Shown here piece by piece: positions 9,941-19,095 of a stretch of 64,000 nt of DNA. The stretch comes from Deferribacterales bacterium (GTDB lineage: Bacteria; Chrysiogenota; Deferribacteres; Deferribacterales; Geovibrionaceae), in NCBI GenBank assembly GCA_050253075.1, contig JBFWJS010000003.1, positions 373,458-437,457 on the forward strand, read 5' to 3'. Position numbers and translations under genes: made by a program. Each line of letters opens with the position of its first letter. Position 1 is the first letter of the stretch. Below the pieces are notes generated by a model. The model made no database searches and had not been told where the DNA came from. It saw nothing but the letters and a program-made list of their open reading frames with translations.

Positions 9941-9983
9941 GCTAAGATTGCTTCGTTGGTACTTTGTACCGCCTCGCAATGAC
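9941..9983. repeat. REP-like element variant, right half
   Basis: GCTAAGATTGCTTCG...CTCGCAATGAC; shares GCTAAGATTGCTTC with the 20943-21069 copy. Confidence 0.6.
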
Positions 9984-10000
9984 TTACTACTTATTGAGGC

Positions 10001-10270
10001 TGAACGACCGAATTCTTTTCCCAAGGACGGGAAAGAATCAAATAAATAAATGCACATGGATGTGCATCACGGAGCAAGGCGGAGTGTGAGGGAGCCTTGC
10101 TTTTAACAAGGTGAACGACCGAATTCTTTCTCCAAGGATGGAGAAAGAATCAAATAAATAAATGCACATGGATGTGCATCACGGAGCAAAGCGGAGTGTG
10201 AGAGAGCCTTGCTTTTAACAAGGTGAACGACCGAATTCTTTCTCCAAGGATGGAGAAAGAATCAAATAAA
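10001..10270 (+). repeat. tandem repeat of 111/112-bp units (2.4 copies) with GGA-loop hairpins; candidate structured ncRNA
   Basis: units start at 10001, 10112 and 10224; hairpins ATTCTTTCTCC-AAGGAT-GGAGAAAGAAT and ATGCAC-ATGGAT-GTGCAT. Confidence 0.9.
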
Positions 10271-10291
10271 AAAGGGGAGCCGAAGCTCCCC
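10268..10291 (-). terminator. intrinsic terminator of actP
   Basis: GGGGAGC-TTCG-GCTCCCC followed by T-run on the minus strand. Confidence 0.85.
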
Positions 10292-10322
10292 AGTTGAGTG
10301 AAGGTGTAATTCACATTATATC

Positions 10323-11876
10323 TTAGTGATCGGAAGCAGAATCTGCACCCACGCCGAGGTAAGTACGGATCTTCTGCTCTTCGAATTTCTGCTGTGCTTC
10401 GAGGTCCGGAGCGATCATAGAACCGATCCATGAACCGATGAATGCAAGGGGAAGAGAAACAACAGTCGGGAACTTGTATGGGAAGAGAGCAGTCTCGTTT
10501 CCGAGGATGTCTACCCAAACAGTCGGGCTGATGATGATGAGTACCAGAGCGGAAATACCGCCGAAGAGGATACCCATAACAGCGCCTGTTGTGCTGAGCT
10601 TTTTCCAAACGATAGAGAGGAAAAGCGCAGGGAAGTTTGAGCTTGCTGCGATGGAGAATGCCAGAGCAACAAGGAAGGCAACGTTCTGACCTTTGAAAAG
10701 GATACCCATGAGAACAGCGATAACACCGTAGATCATAGTAGCTACTCTAGCAGCTTTGAGCTTCTCATTGTCGTCAGCTTTACCTTTTTTAAATGTGCCT
10801 ATGTAAAGGTCGTTTGCGAGTGCAGCAGAAGCAGCAAGAGCAAGACCGGCAACAACCGCAAGGATTGTAGCGAAGGCAACAGCCGAGATGAATCCGAGGA
10901 ACGGTGTTCCGCCCACGAGCTGTGCGAGCATCGGAGCAGCCATGTTACCGCCGGAGCCGACAGCCGTGATAGCCTCTTTACCGAGGAGAACGATAGCGGC
11001 GAATCCTACTATTGGGATAACAAGGTAGAAGTAGCCGATGAATGTTGTAGCGTATACAACAGACTTTCTGGCTTCTTTAGCATCCGGCACAGTGAAGAAA
11101 CGCATAAGGATGTGCGGAAGACCGAGAAGACCGAGCATCAGAGCAAGTCCGAGAGAGAAAGCCTCTATCGGGCTCTTAATAAGTCCGCCAGGTTTGAACA
11201 TGTCAGGTCCGATCTGTGTCTCAACAGCGGCATAAAGGTTTCCCGGGTGGAAGCCGAACTTCGCAAGGGCGAGCAGTGTGAGCACTGTAACACCGAAGAG
11301 AAGGAGGCAAGCCTTTATGATCTGTACCCATGTAGTAGCGAGCATTCCGCCGAAGATAACGTACATAAGCATAACAGTACCAACGATGATTTCCGCCATT
11401 GTATAAGGAATACCAAACATAAGCTCGATCAGTTTACCTGAACCGACCATCTGAGCGATAGTATAGGAAATAACAACTAAAAGACCTGTTACGGCAGAAG
11501 CTGTTTTAATAGGACCTTTCTTAAGACGGGAAGCAACAACGTCGGCAAAGCTGTATTTACCGAGGTTTCTGAGCGGCTCAGCGATAAGGAACATAAGCGC
11601 AGGCCATCCAACAAGCCAGCCCACTGCGTATATCATACCGTCGAAACCTTTAAGAGCAACCATACCTGAGATACCCAGGAAAGATGCGGCAGACATATAG
11701 TCTCCTGCGAGGGCGAGTCCGTTCTGAAAACCGGAGATACCGCCGCCGCCTGTATAATAGCTTCCTGCAGACTGCTGTTGCTTTCTGGAAACAAACCAAG
11801 TAACTGCGAAAGTAAGTAAAACAACGAGGACGAAACATCCAATCGCTATAGCATTAGGTTCACCGAATTTGTGCAT
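10323..11876 (-). CDS. actP: cation/acetate symporter (SSS family)
   Basis: QNGLALAGDYMSAASFLG, GLPHILMRFFTVPDAKEARKSV, ISAVAFATILAVVAGL. Confidence 0.92.
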   Translation of the reverse strand: MHKFGEPNAIAIGCFVLVVLLTFAVTWFVSRKQQQSAGSYYTGGGGISGFQNGLALAGDYMSAASFLGISGMVALKGFDGMIYAVGWLVGWPALMFLIAEPLRNLGKYSFADVVASRLKKGPIKTASAVTGLLVVISYTIAQMVGSGKLIELMFGIPYTMAEIIVGTVMLMYVIFGGMLATTWVQIIKACLLLFGVTVLTLLALAKFGFHPGNLYAAVETQIGPDMFKPGGLIKSPIEAFSLGLALMLGLLGLPHILMRFFTVPDAKEARKSVVYATTFIGYFYLVIPIVGFAAIVLLGKEAITAVGSGGNMAAPMLAQLVGGTPFLGFISAVAFATILAVVAGLALAASAALANDLYIGTFKKGKADDNEKLKAARVATMIYGVIAVLMGILFKGQNVAFLVALAFSIAASSNFPALFLSIVWKKLSTTGAVMGILFGGISALVLIIISPTVWVDILGNETALFPYKFPTVVSLPLAFIGSWIGSMIAPDLEAQQKFEEQKIRTYLGVGADSASDH

Positions 11877-11889
11877 ATTTCATTCCTCC

Positions 11890-12174
11890 TTATAACATCT
11901 TCTTAAGTTCTTCGACCTCTGGGTCGTAGACTTTGTTAGCCCAGATCACGTATATAACGGTAAGAAGCCAGGCGATTATGATAACTGCGGCTGTCAGGTA
12001 TATACCGACGGTGCCGTTAGCAGTCACTTTCTGCGCTATGAACTCTTTGTCCATTGCAATTAGAAAAACGTAGCCGTAATAGATGACAAACAAGATTACG
12101 AGCATGATGAAACTAAAGGTCCAGCGCTTTCTGATGAGATTTTTAAATCTCTCCGAGTTTAAAACATCGTGCAT
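11890..12174 (-). CDS. DUF485 / YjcH-like membrane protein
   Basis: 2 TM segments, YV.WAN..YD motif, directly upstream of actP. Confidence 0.88.
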   Translation of the reverse strand: MHDVLNSERFKNLIRKRWTFSFIMLVILFVIYYGYVFLIAMDKEFIAQKVTANGTVGIYLTAAVIIIAWLLTVIYVIWANKVYDPEVEELKKML

Positions 12175-12502
12175 TCTCTCCTCCTTGCAGTGTTTAACTG
12201 TTAAGAAAAACGTTTTCGGTCAACATTTGATGAACTCTGCGGGTTAAAAACGTTGACTGAATTTTAAAACGTCTTTCTTTTTTCATGCAACATTAATCGC
12301 ATCATATAAAAAAAGTGTCAAGCGGTTTTTTTTGTTTATACTTGTTATTAGTACTTTATGGCAATAGAGTGCTAGAGGGTAAATTTATTATAAATAAACA
12401 TAATTTTGGTTAACTATAGAGTCAAAAAAATGTTTAATTTCATATTATGGGCGATATTGTATATTGATAAAACTATGTAAATTAAAGGATTATTAAATTT
12501 AT

Positions 12503-12518
12503 CGTATACTGTATACAA
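12503..12518 (-). promoter_or_regulatory. GTATAC tandem operator
   Basis: minus strand TTGTATACAGTATACG in the AT-rich actP/DUF294 intergenic region. Confidence 0.6.
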
Positions 12519-12652
12519 TTTTAATACGGGTATGTGATTTTGCTATTAATTTATTATTTTTTACTGTATATTACACAAATGTTGCATTTTTAAAACGAAA
12601 TTATATAATAAATTTACCGTGCAATTTAATTGATTAGAGGTTAAAAATTATT

Positions 12653-14539
12653 ATGAAAATCAGAGACATCTCCGACATACAAAGTGTGATAGATCAGTTA
12701 CATTCTTTCTATCTGTTTAATCACGTCGATAAAGCAAGGCTCGGCGTTATGATAGAGAAGGCACAGCTCGTATCCCTTGATAAAGATGAATTTATTTTCA
12801 AAAGGGGCGAGTCGTACCACCGTGGTGTATACATAATACTTGGAGGGCGGGCGGAGCTGTACAGCAACGACGGCAGTATTATAAACATGGTTTACGGAGA
12901 CGTGCTCGGTTTGACCACCTTTCTGGGTAAATCTAATTATTACGTCACAGCCAAGTCTGACGGCGAGTGTGAGCTCGTTTTCCTGCCTGAGATATGTATT
13001 TATAAGCTCATGGAGGAGTTTGAGGATTTTCGTAATAAGTATAATAAGATGACATTCGACCGTCTCTCAAAGGTTTCGGGGGGCAGTCCTGCAAACCTGA
13101 CGGAGAATACATATAAATCCGTGGGCGGGTGTATGACGACGCCCGTTATAAGCGTAGATAGATCAGCAAGTATATTTGAGGCATCTGCACTGATGGCTGA
13201 GCATAAGGTTGGCTCTGTTGTTGTCGTGGATGAGAAGGGGATGCTGGCGGGGCTTTTAACATCTAAGCAGTTGGTGCATAAGTATATGGCGAACCCGGAG
13301 AGGACATCTCTCCCCTGTGAGGTTGGGGAATATATGAACGCCGCCCCTGTGAATATGCCTCCTGAGTTTCCTATCGTAGAGGCCATTGCAGAGCTTCAGA
13401 TACAGAGCGAAGACTATGCTATTGTCGTGAAAGGGGACAGGCCTGTGGGGCTTATCTCTAATAATGACCTCATGAGTCTCGTCTTTCAAAACAGCAATAT
13501 TTATAACTCTCATATAAACGGCATGACCACTCTGGATCAGCTGAGAGAGGCACACAGGAAGCTCTTTGACATTGCGAAGACGCTCGTTGCGAATTCACGC
13601 CTTACGAGCTCTATCCTGCCTGTGCTTTCTTCCGTGCATATAAATATCCAGAGAAAGGCTTATCAGATAACTCTGGAAAATACCCCTGTGGATATACTGG
13701 AAACAATGCAGCGTGTGCGAAACTCGATGATAATTATGGGTTCTGGCGGGCGTAAAGAAATGATGCTCGATCCTGATCAGGACCATGCATATATACTCGC
13801 CAACGATGCCACGGCAGAAGATAAGAAGCAGTTCGTACGTTTCGGCGAAATATTCGCAGACAACCTTGAATATGTCGGCTATGAAAAATGCAGAGGGAAT
13901 ATCATGGCGTCTAACCCTGATATGGTAAAGACTCTGCACGAGTGGCGCAGGGTCATCAGCGAATGGATAAACAACCCCGGCAGTGAGGGATTTTTGTGGT
14001 CTTCGGTGTTTTTCGATATGGACAGGTTTGAAGGCGACGAGAAGCTCGTCTGGGATCTGAAAGAATTCATATCCATCGAAGTGCCTCAGAGGCCAGTATT
14101 TCTCATACAGCTGCTCGAAAGGGATGTAAATACTAAACAGCCGACGACATTCTTCGGCCGTATAAACCTCGAAAAAGACGGGGAAAAGAAAGGGACCATA
14201 AACCTTAAGACTTCCGCTCTGCAGTTTCTTGTGGATGTCACCCGTGCATATACTCTGAAAACAGGACTGAGTGACCTGAATACCCTCGAACGTGCGAAAC
14301 ACCTCGAGAGAAAAAAAGTGCTTGCGCCTGAGACAGTTTCAGACTTTCTCGGCTCATACGAAACCATCGTCGATCTGCTTTTGAAAGAGCAGATATCAAA
14401 AGTGGAGCAGGGGGGAGAAGCTAATAAAAATATTGACCCCTCGCAGCTATCTCTATACAATCAGGAGCGTTTAAAAAGCTCACTTCAGTTCATTACCAAA
14501 TACTTAAACAAGGCTTTGAAGACTATTAAAATGGGCTGA
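12653..14539 (+). CDS. cNMP-binding/CBS/DUF294 putative nucleotidyltransferase
   Basis: N-terminal cNMP-like domain, CBS pair, MGSGGRKEM..DQD, C.GNIMASNP. Confidence 0.88.
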   Translation: MKIRDISDIQSVIDQLHSFYLFNHVDKARLGVMIEKAQLVSLDKDEFIFKRGESYHRGVYIILGGRAELYSNDGSIINMVYGDVLGLTTFLGKSNYYVTAKSDGECELVFLPEICIYKLMEEFEDFRNKYNKMTFDRLSKVSGGSPANLTENTYKSVGGCMTTPVISVDRSASIFEASALMAEHKVGSVVVVDEKGMLAGLLTSKQLVHKYMANPERTSLPCEVGEYMNAAPVNMPPEFPIVEAIAELQIQSEDYAIVVKGDRPVGLISNNDLMSLVFQNSNIYNSHINGMTTLDQLREAHRKLFDIAKTLVANSRLTSSILPVLSSVHINIQRKAYQITLENTPVDILETMQRVRNSMIIMGSGGRKEMMLDPDQDHAYILANDATAEDKKQFVRFGEIFADNLEYVGYEKCRGNIMASNPDMVKTLHEWRRVISEWINNPGSEGFLWSSVFFDMDRFEGDEKLVWDLKEFISIEVPQRPVFLIQLLERDVNTKQPTTFFGRINLEKDGEKKGTINLKTSALQFLVDVTRAYTLKTGLSDLNTLERAKHLERKKVLAPETVSDFLGSYETIVDLLLKEQISKVEQGGEANKNIDPSQLSLYNQERLKSSLQFITKYLNKALKTIKMG

Positions 14540-14637
14540 TCTTTGCTGAGCGTGATTTTTAAAACACAAAACGTAGATATCATTAACGCCTTCTTTGGGG
14601 ATATATTCAACCCGAAGTCATTTATACGGAGTGAGAA

Positions 14638-15030
14638 ATGAAGAAAATGACTGTTTTAGTTTCAGTAGAGAACGGATGCGCAGCGGAAAAAGTTATGAAG
14701 CTGGCAAAAGAGAAGCTGGGGCTGAAGAAGGGACAGAGAGTTCTGAAGAAAGGGAATGTAAAAGTTCTCTTTGCGTCAGGCATCATCCAGAGAAGCGTGC
14801 AGGATGTCGAAGAACTGGCAAAGCATAAGGATTACGATATGCTTGTCATCCCTTCTTTCTCTGACGGGGTCAAGGCGTTCCCGAAGATACACGATGTTAA
14901 AATGTATGTGAATAACAAACTGGGCTTTACGGTTTTTGTGGCGGCAGTTCCGCCGAAACCCACTGATAAAGACGTTGATGATTCAGCAGAAAACATTGCA
15001 GACATCGTAACGGCGAACATCGGGCTCTAA
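14638..15030 (+). CDS. hypothetical protein
   Basis: 130 aa ORF with GGAG RBS; no recognised motif. Confidence 0.65.
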   Translation: MKKMTVLVSVENGCAAEKVMKLAKEKLGLKKGQRVLKKGNVKVLFASGIIQRSVQDVEELAKHKDYDMLVIPSFSDGVKAFPKIHDVKMYVNNKLGFTVFVAAVPPKPTDKDVDDSAENIADIVTANIGL

Positions 15031-15051
15031 TACCTCTCAGCATTTTCAAAT

Positions 15052-16404
15052 ATGGCTCGGGTTGCTTTCGTAAGCAACGGGTTACGCACGGCTCTATTCA
15101 AAGCCGTAGCAGACAATCTGTCCGCCTCGGGGCATGAGATATTCTGGATTATCACAGGCTCTGATGAGGTGAAGTCTATTGTTGCGCCTTATTCTCATGT
15201 CTTAGATATTTCAATCATTACAGATACTTCCGAAGAATCTTTACAGCTTCTTGATAAATATTCAGAGATATCCGTGAATGGCATCATCGCATCAGACAGG
15301 ATACTTTCTAAAAAGGATGCGGACTTTGCCCATAGGTATCTTGCGAGCTGTTTCAGCAATATTCATGACTTTATCATCAGTAATAAAATAGAGATCGTTT
15401 TCGGCGAGGCGACATGGGCAAATGAGCTTGTGTGTGCTGCTGTGTGCCGCATGTGCAGTACCCCTTATCTGGCGCCGTCTACTGTGCGTCATCCGTCGGA
15501 TAGGTTCGCATTTTTCGAAGGTGTCTTTCAGAGCCGCCCTGCAGGAAGGGCTGAAACGATAGATATAAGCAAGGGGAGAGAGCTGTATGCGAAATTTATG
15601 GCCGGTACGGCAAAGCCTTTTTATATGCTGAGACCAAAGAAGAATAATCTTAAACTGCTGATAAAACATATCAAAAGACACATTAGAATGGACGTGTACG
15701 ATATGACCGTGCCGTCATTATACAAACTTATAGCTGATAAGGTGCGCACTGCTGTGTCTGTTTACCCATCGTCGGGTATGCCGAAAGGGCGGTATGTTTA
15801 TATGCCTCTGCATGTATCGCCGGAGGCCTCCGTAGATGTGCTGGGCGGGTTTCATATGGATGCTGTTGCTTTCGTGTCGAATGTTTCCAGAGCCCTGCCT
15901 TACGGTGTGGAGCTGGCTGTGAAAGGGCATCCGAACCAGATGCAGCCGACTAAATTTTATAAAGCTATAAGTAGAATACCTTCGGTCAGGCTGGTGGATA
16001 AGTGTGCCGACAGTATTGGGCTGATAAAGGATGCCGAAGCTGTGGTCTCCGTGAGCGGGACTGCATGTTATGAAGCGGGGCTTTTGGGTGTGCCCGCGTT
16101 TACATTTGCCGATATGTTTTTTAACCTGTTACCCTCTGTTAAAAAGTGTACCTCTTATGAAGAATTATACAGTGTTTTAAAAAATTTAAGCAAAGATGAA
16201 AACTGCACTGAGAGCGCAATAGCGTTTCTCAGCAGTCTGTATGGTTTAACTTATAAAGGATATGCAGAGTCGGAAACAGTCTTCGCCGATGCTCTGAGTG
16301 AACAGAACATCAGCGACGTGACTGCGGGATTTATTGATATTATTGAGTTTTATTCTTCGTCGAAGTCTGCGACAGCGGCTTCTATGTGTTCCAGATTTAT
16401 CTGA
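15052..16404 (+). CDS. capsule polysaccharide biosynthesis/export (KpsS-like) protein
   Basis: YMPLH..PEAS.D, VKGHP, SVSGTACYEAGLLG.P. Confidence 0.75.
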   Translation: MARVAFVSNGLRTALFKAVADNLSASGHEIFWIITGSDEVKSIVAPYSHVLDISIITDTSEESLQLLDKYSEISVNGIIASDRILSKKDADFAHRYLASCFSNIHDFIISNKIEIVFGEATWANELVCAAVCRMCSTPYLAPSTVRHPSDRFAFFEGVFQSRPAGRAETIDISKGRELYAKFMAGTAKPFYMLRPKKNNLKLLIKHIKRHIRMDVYDMTVPSLYKLIADKVRTAVSVYPSSGMPKGRYVYMPLHVSPEASVDVLGGFHMDAVAFVSNVSRALPYGVELAVKGHPNQMQPTKFYKAISRIPSVRLVDKCADSIGLIKDAEAVVSVSGTACYEAGLLGVPAFTFADMFFNLLPSVKKCTSYEELYSVLKNLSKDENCTESAIAFLSSLYGLTYKGYAESETVFADALSEQNISDVTAGFIDIIEFYSSSKSATAASMCSRFI

Positions 16405-17237
16405 TACGCTTCGAAAAGTGCGGCTTTCGCCTCATCCGGTGATACGTGGAACCCTGCCACGACTATCTCTGAGCGGTGTTTCAGCTTTGCGCTGTAGAGG
16501 TCGTGTTCCTCTGTGGACTGCTCGTCAAAGTTTTTACCTGTTACCTTCAGCTTACCTGCGAAGCTCTCGCCGAGAACGGTTTTTACAAACTTCCTCACGA
16601 GGTCTTTGTCCAGCGAGCCCTTTCCGTGCCCCATGGATACTGTGAGGTCCAGCTTCAGGCCTTTGAGCGTGTCGAGCATTTCAAAGTTTTTACCGTATTC
16701 ACTGTCTAATACATTATGTACGAAGTCTACTGCGGGGGCTTCCATGCTGATCTGCAGCTTGCGGTAGACCTCCCATTGTGTGACCTGATCGTATGCGTTG
16801 TTTATGAATATGGGGCTGATGCCTGCGGACTGGTCGTCTGTGAGCCAGCGGGCGAAATCTGCGAAGCCTGATGCGCCGGGGCCGAATCCGCCGGAGAACA
16901 TCACCACACATTGCTGTATCGGGTCTATCAGTCCATAGCTGATGTCGCCGAGCATACCTCCCTCTAGAGGGGCTTCGTGTATGTCTCCTTCACGGTTGAA
17001 CCATACGGGGAGGAACTGTTTCTCCTTTAACAGGCTGACAAAGTGCAGCTTTCTGTCGGAGAGCTCAATCGGCTCGAAGATCTTAAACATCAGCTCTGTG
17101 GAGCGTCCGTCGAAAAAGCCGAAGTCCATCCCGCCCTCTGAAAGGGTGGTGAGCTTGTCGTCTAGGTCGTGGTAAAAAATCTCTTCGGCTGCTTCGAGCC
17201 TGAAGTAGTTTATGGTTACTGTTTTTCTTTCTGACAT
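16350..17237 (-). CDS. hypothetical protein
   Basis: 295 aa ORF with native codon use; no confident family. Confidence 0.75.
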   Translation of the reverse strand: MSERKTVTINYFRLEAAEEIFYHDLDDKLTTLSEGGMDFGFFDGRSTELMFKIFEPIELSDRKLHFVSLLKEKQFLPVWFNREGDIHEAPLEGGMLGDISYGLIDPIQQCVVMFSGGFGPGASGFADFARWLTDDQSAGISPIFINNAYDQVTQWEVYRKLQISMEAPAVDFVHNVLDSEYGKNFEMLDTLKGLKLDLTVSMGHGKGSLDKDLVRKFVKTVLGESFAGKLKVTGKNFDEQSTEEHDLYSAKLKHRSEIVVAGFHVSPDEAKAALFEAYQINLEHIEAAVADFDEE

Positions 17238-17313
17238 TTCATTATTCCTTGAGTTTGTGGAAACCTATCTTATACTATCACTTATCTAATGCAAACGATT
17301 TTTGAGGTGATTT

Positions 17314-17607
17314 ATGAGTGCTATGGCTTTTGTTTCCATCACACCCCTCGGCGACGGCGAATCTGTCTCTCAGTATGTTTCCAGAGCGGTGAAGGTCATC
17401 AAAGAGAGCGGGCTAGACTGGCAGCTCACCCCTATGGGCACAGTGCTGGAAGGGGACAAGCTCGAGGATGTGCTCAGCGTCATAAATAAGGCCGCAGAGA
17501 TCCTCGAAGAGTGCAACAGGATATCTATATCCATAAAGATAGACTACCGCAGAAACCGTGAAGGCGGACTGGAGAAGAAGGTTAAGTCTGTTATGGAGAA
17601 ACTGTAG
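17314..17607 (+). CDS. MTH1187/YkoF family thiamine-binding protein
   Basis: S.TPLG...SVS.YV, LTPMGTVLEG, IKIDYR, KV.SV. Confidence 0.9.
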   Translation: MSAMAFVSITPLGDGESVSQYVSRAVKVIKESGLDWQLTPMGTVLEGDKLEDVLSVINKAAEILEECNRISISIKIDYRRNREGGLEKKVKSVMEKL

Positions 17608-17703
17608 GTTATTAATAAAGCCTATTTGAAGTATCCGGTAAAGTGATCAGTGCTTGTGCCGATATAATATACATATCCCTTTATCTCCATATAAGAGGTA
17701 TGC

Positions 17704-17886
17704 ATGAAAGCGGAGCACGCCACATACGGCACACACGAACACTTTTCTGAAAGAGTGCAGGAACTTAAAAAGGTTCTTGAACGCCTGCATAAGCATGGTT
17801 CCGCTGTGCAGTCTCACTGGGATAACCTTAACAGCATCGTTCAGGAGATGGAAAACACTCTGGCGAAGCTGGCTCCCGCCGACTGA
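17704..17886 (+). CDS. small coiled-coil hypothetical protein
   Basis: 60 aa, GAGGT RBS, followed by a terminator hairpin at about 17898-17929. Confidence 0.6.
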   Translation: MKAEHATYGTHEHFSERVQELKKVLERLHKHGSAVQSHWDNLNSIVQEMENTLAKLAPAD

Positions 17887-18049
17887 TATGTCACGCCCTG
17901 CACACTTTTGAAGTGCTGCAGGATTTTTTATGGACACTCCTTTGCATCTCACTGCACCAGTTGAGGAAAAATATTCCCCCGTTTTTACACACTTCACATC
18001 TTAAGACCGTCAAACAACAGTTTTTGTGGTAATTATTTCCCGAAAAAAC

Positions 18050-18065
18050 TGGCACGCGCCTTGTT
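18050..18065 (+). promoter_or_regulatory. possible sigma54 promoter (imperfect -12)
   Basis: TGGCACG-CGCC-TTGTT, ~35 bp before ATG 18100. Confidence 0.45.
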
Positions 18066-18099
18066 ATACATATCCTGAGTAGAGAAACAGGAGCATATA

Positions 18100-18504
18100 A
18101 TGGCATCTACAGCAGTAAACGGACAGGACTTTATGTATGGCGGCGGCTTCAAGGGAAGCGTTGCTTATGCAGCACCTGACGAGCAGATCCTTGACAGGGT
18201 CTACGACTTTCCCGAAGCACTGCCGGAGAAAGCTATGGATATGCTGGTCGATATGGCATGTGACGACAACGTCTCAAACAGAGAGATGGACTATATATAC
18301 TTCACAGTCGTTACGCTGCCGCTGATGGCTACATCGGGCATGTTTAAAGACCAGAAAGACTGGTTCCTCAAAGAGAACAGATGCAGTTTCAAAGACTACA
18401 TCAGATACAGGGTGAACAAGCTGAATCACATGGCCACACAGGGATACGATGCAAAATTCTGCGAGCGTATCAGACAGCTTCTGTGGCGTTTCTCCGTGAT
18501 TTAG
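18100..18504 (+). CDS. hypothetical protein
   Basis: 134 aa, AGGAG RBS. Confidence 0.7.
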   Translation: MASTAVNGQDFMYGGGFKGSVAYAAPDEQILDRVYDFPEALPEKAMDMLVDMACDDNVSNREMDYIYFTVVTLPLMATSGMFKDQKDWFLKENRCSFKDYIRYRVNKLNHMATQGYDAKFCERIRQLLWRFSVI

Positions 18505-18684
18505 CCCTTTAAATTTGGCGTCGAAAGCGTGATTTATTCACGTTATACTGTCCTGGGGGTGCATTAGTGGTGTGCCCCCTATAAATTCCTTGATATTCAA
18601 ACTCTTCAGTAAAATTCCAATTCTGCCTTAAAGTTAATCGTATTTTATGGTTAAATGGTTCTAATGATTTATCGGAGTTGAGAT

Positions 18685-19095
18685 ATGAAATATTCGGGAT
18701 CCTGTCTTTGCGGGAAGGTGACATTTGAAGTAGACGGCGAGTTTGAGAACTTCTTCTTTTGCCATTGTGAGCACTGCCGAAAGGATACGGGCTCGGCACA
18801 TGCGGCAAACCTTTTTTCATCCTCGGCAAAGCTGAAGTGGCTTTCGGGAGAGGATGCCGTCAAAACATTCGATTATAAATCCAGTGGTCATATAAAGAGT
18901 TTCTGCACGGAGTGCGGTTCGGCTATGCCGAATATTCAGATGAACGGTGCTCTGCTGGTCGTCCCTGCGGGCAGTTTGGATGTTGATATCAACATAAAGC
19001 CCGACGGGCATATATTCTGCGCCAATAGGGCGAACTGGGATAATGAGCTGGAAAAAGTTCAGAAGTTTGACAAGCTCCCCGACTTTTCAGAATAA
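18685..19095 (+). CDS. GFA (CENP-V) family zinc protein
   Basis: GSCLCG, CHCEHCRK, FCTECGS. Confidence 0.92.
   Translation: MKYSGSCLCGKVTFEVDGEFENFFFCHCEHCRKDTGSAHAANLFSSSAKLKWLSGEDAVKTFDYKSSGHIKSFCTECGSAMPNIQMNGALLVVPAGSLDVDINIKPDGHIFCANRANWDNELEKVQKFDKLPDFSE

Noticed and set aside
10001..10270. CRISPR array
   Set aside because: Whole 111/112-bp units repeat with no unique spacers, and no cas genes are in the window
17704..17930. Selenocysteine readthrough at TGA 17884 with a downstream hairpin
   Set aside because: The hairpin is followed by a T-run and reads as an intrinsic terminator; no redox motif context
18528..18542. Second Rex-like box CGTGATTTATTCACG
   Set aside because: The spacer is one base short and it is not clearly tied to a promoter
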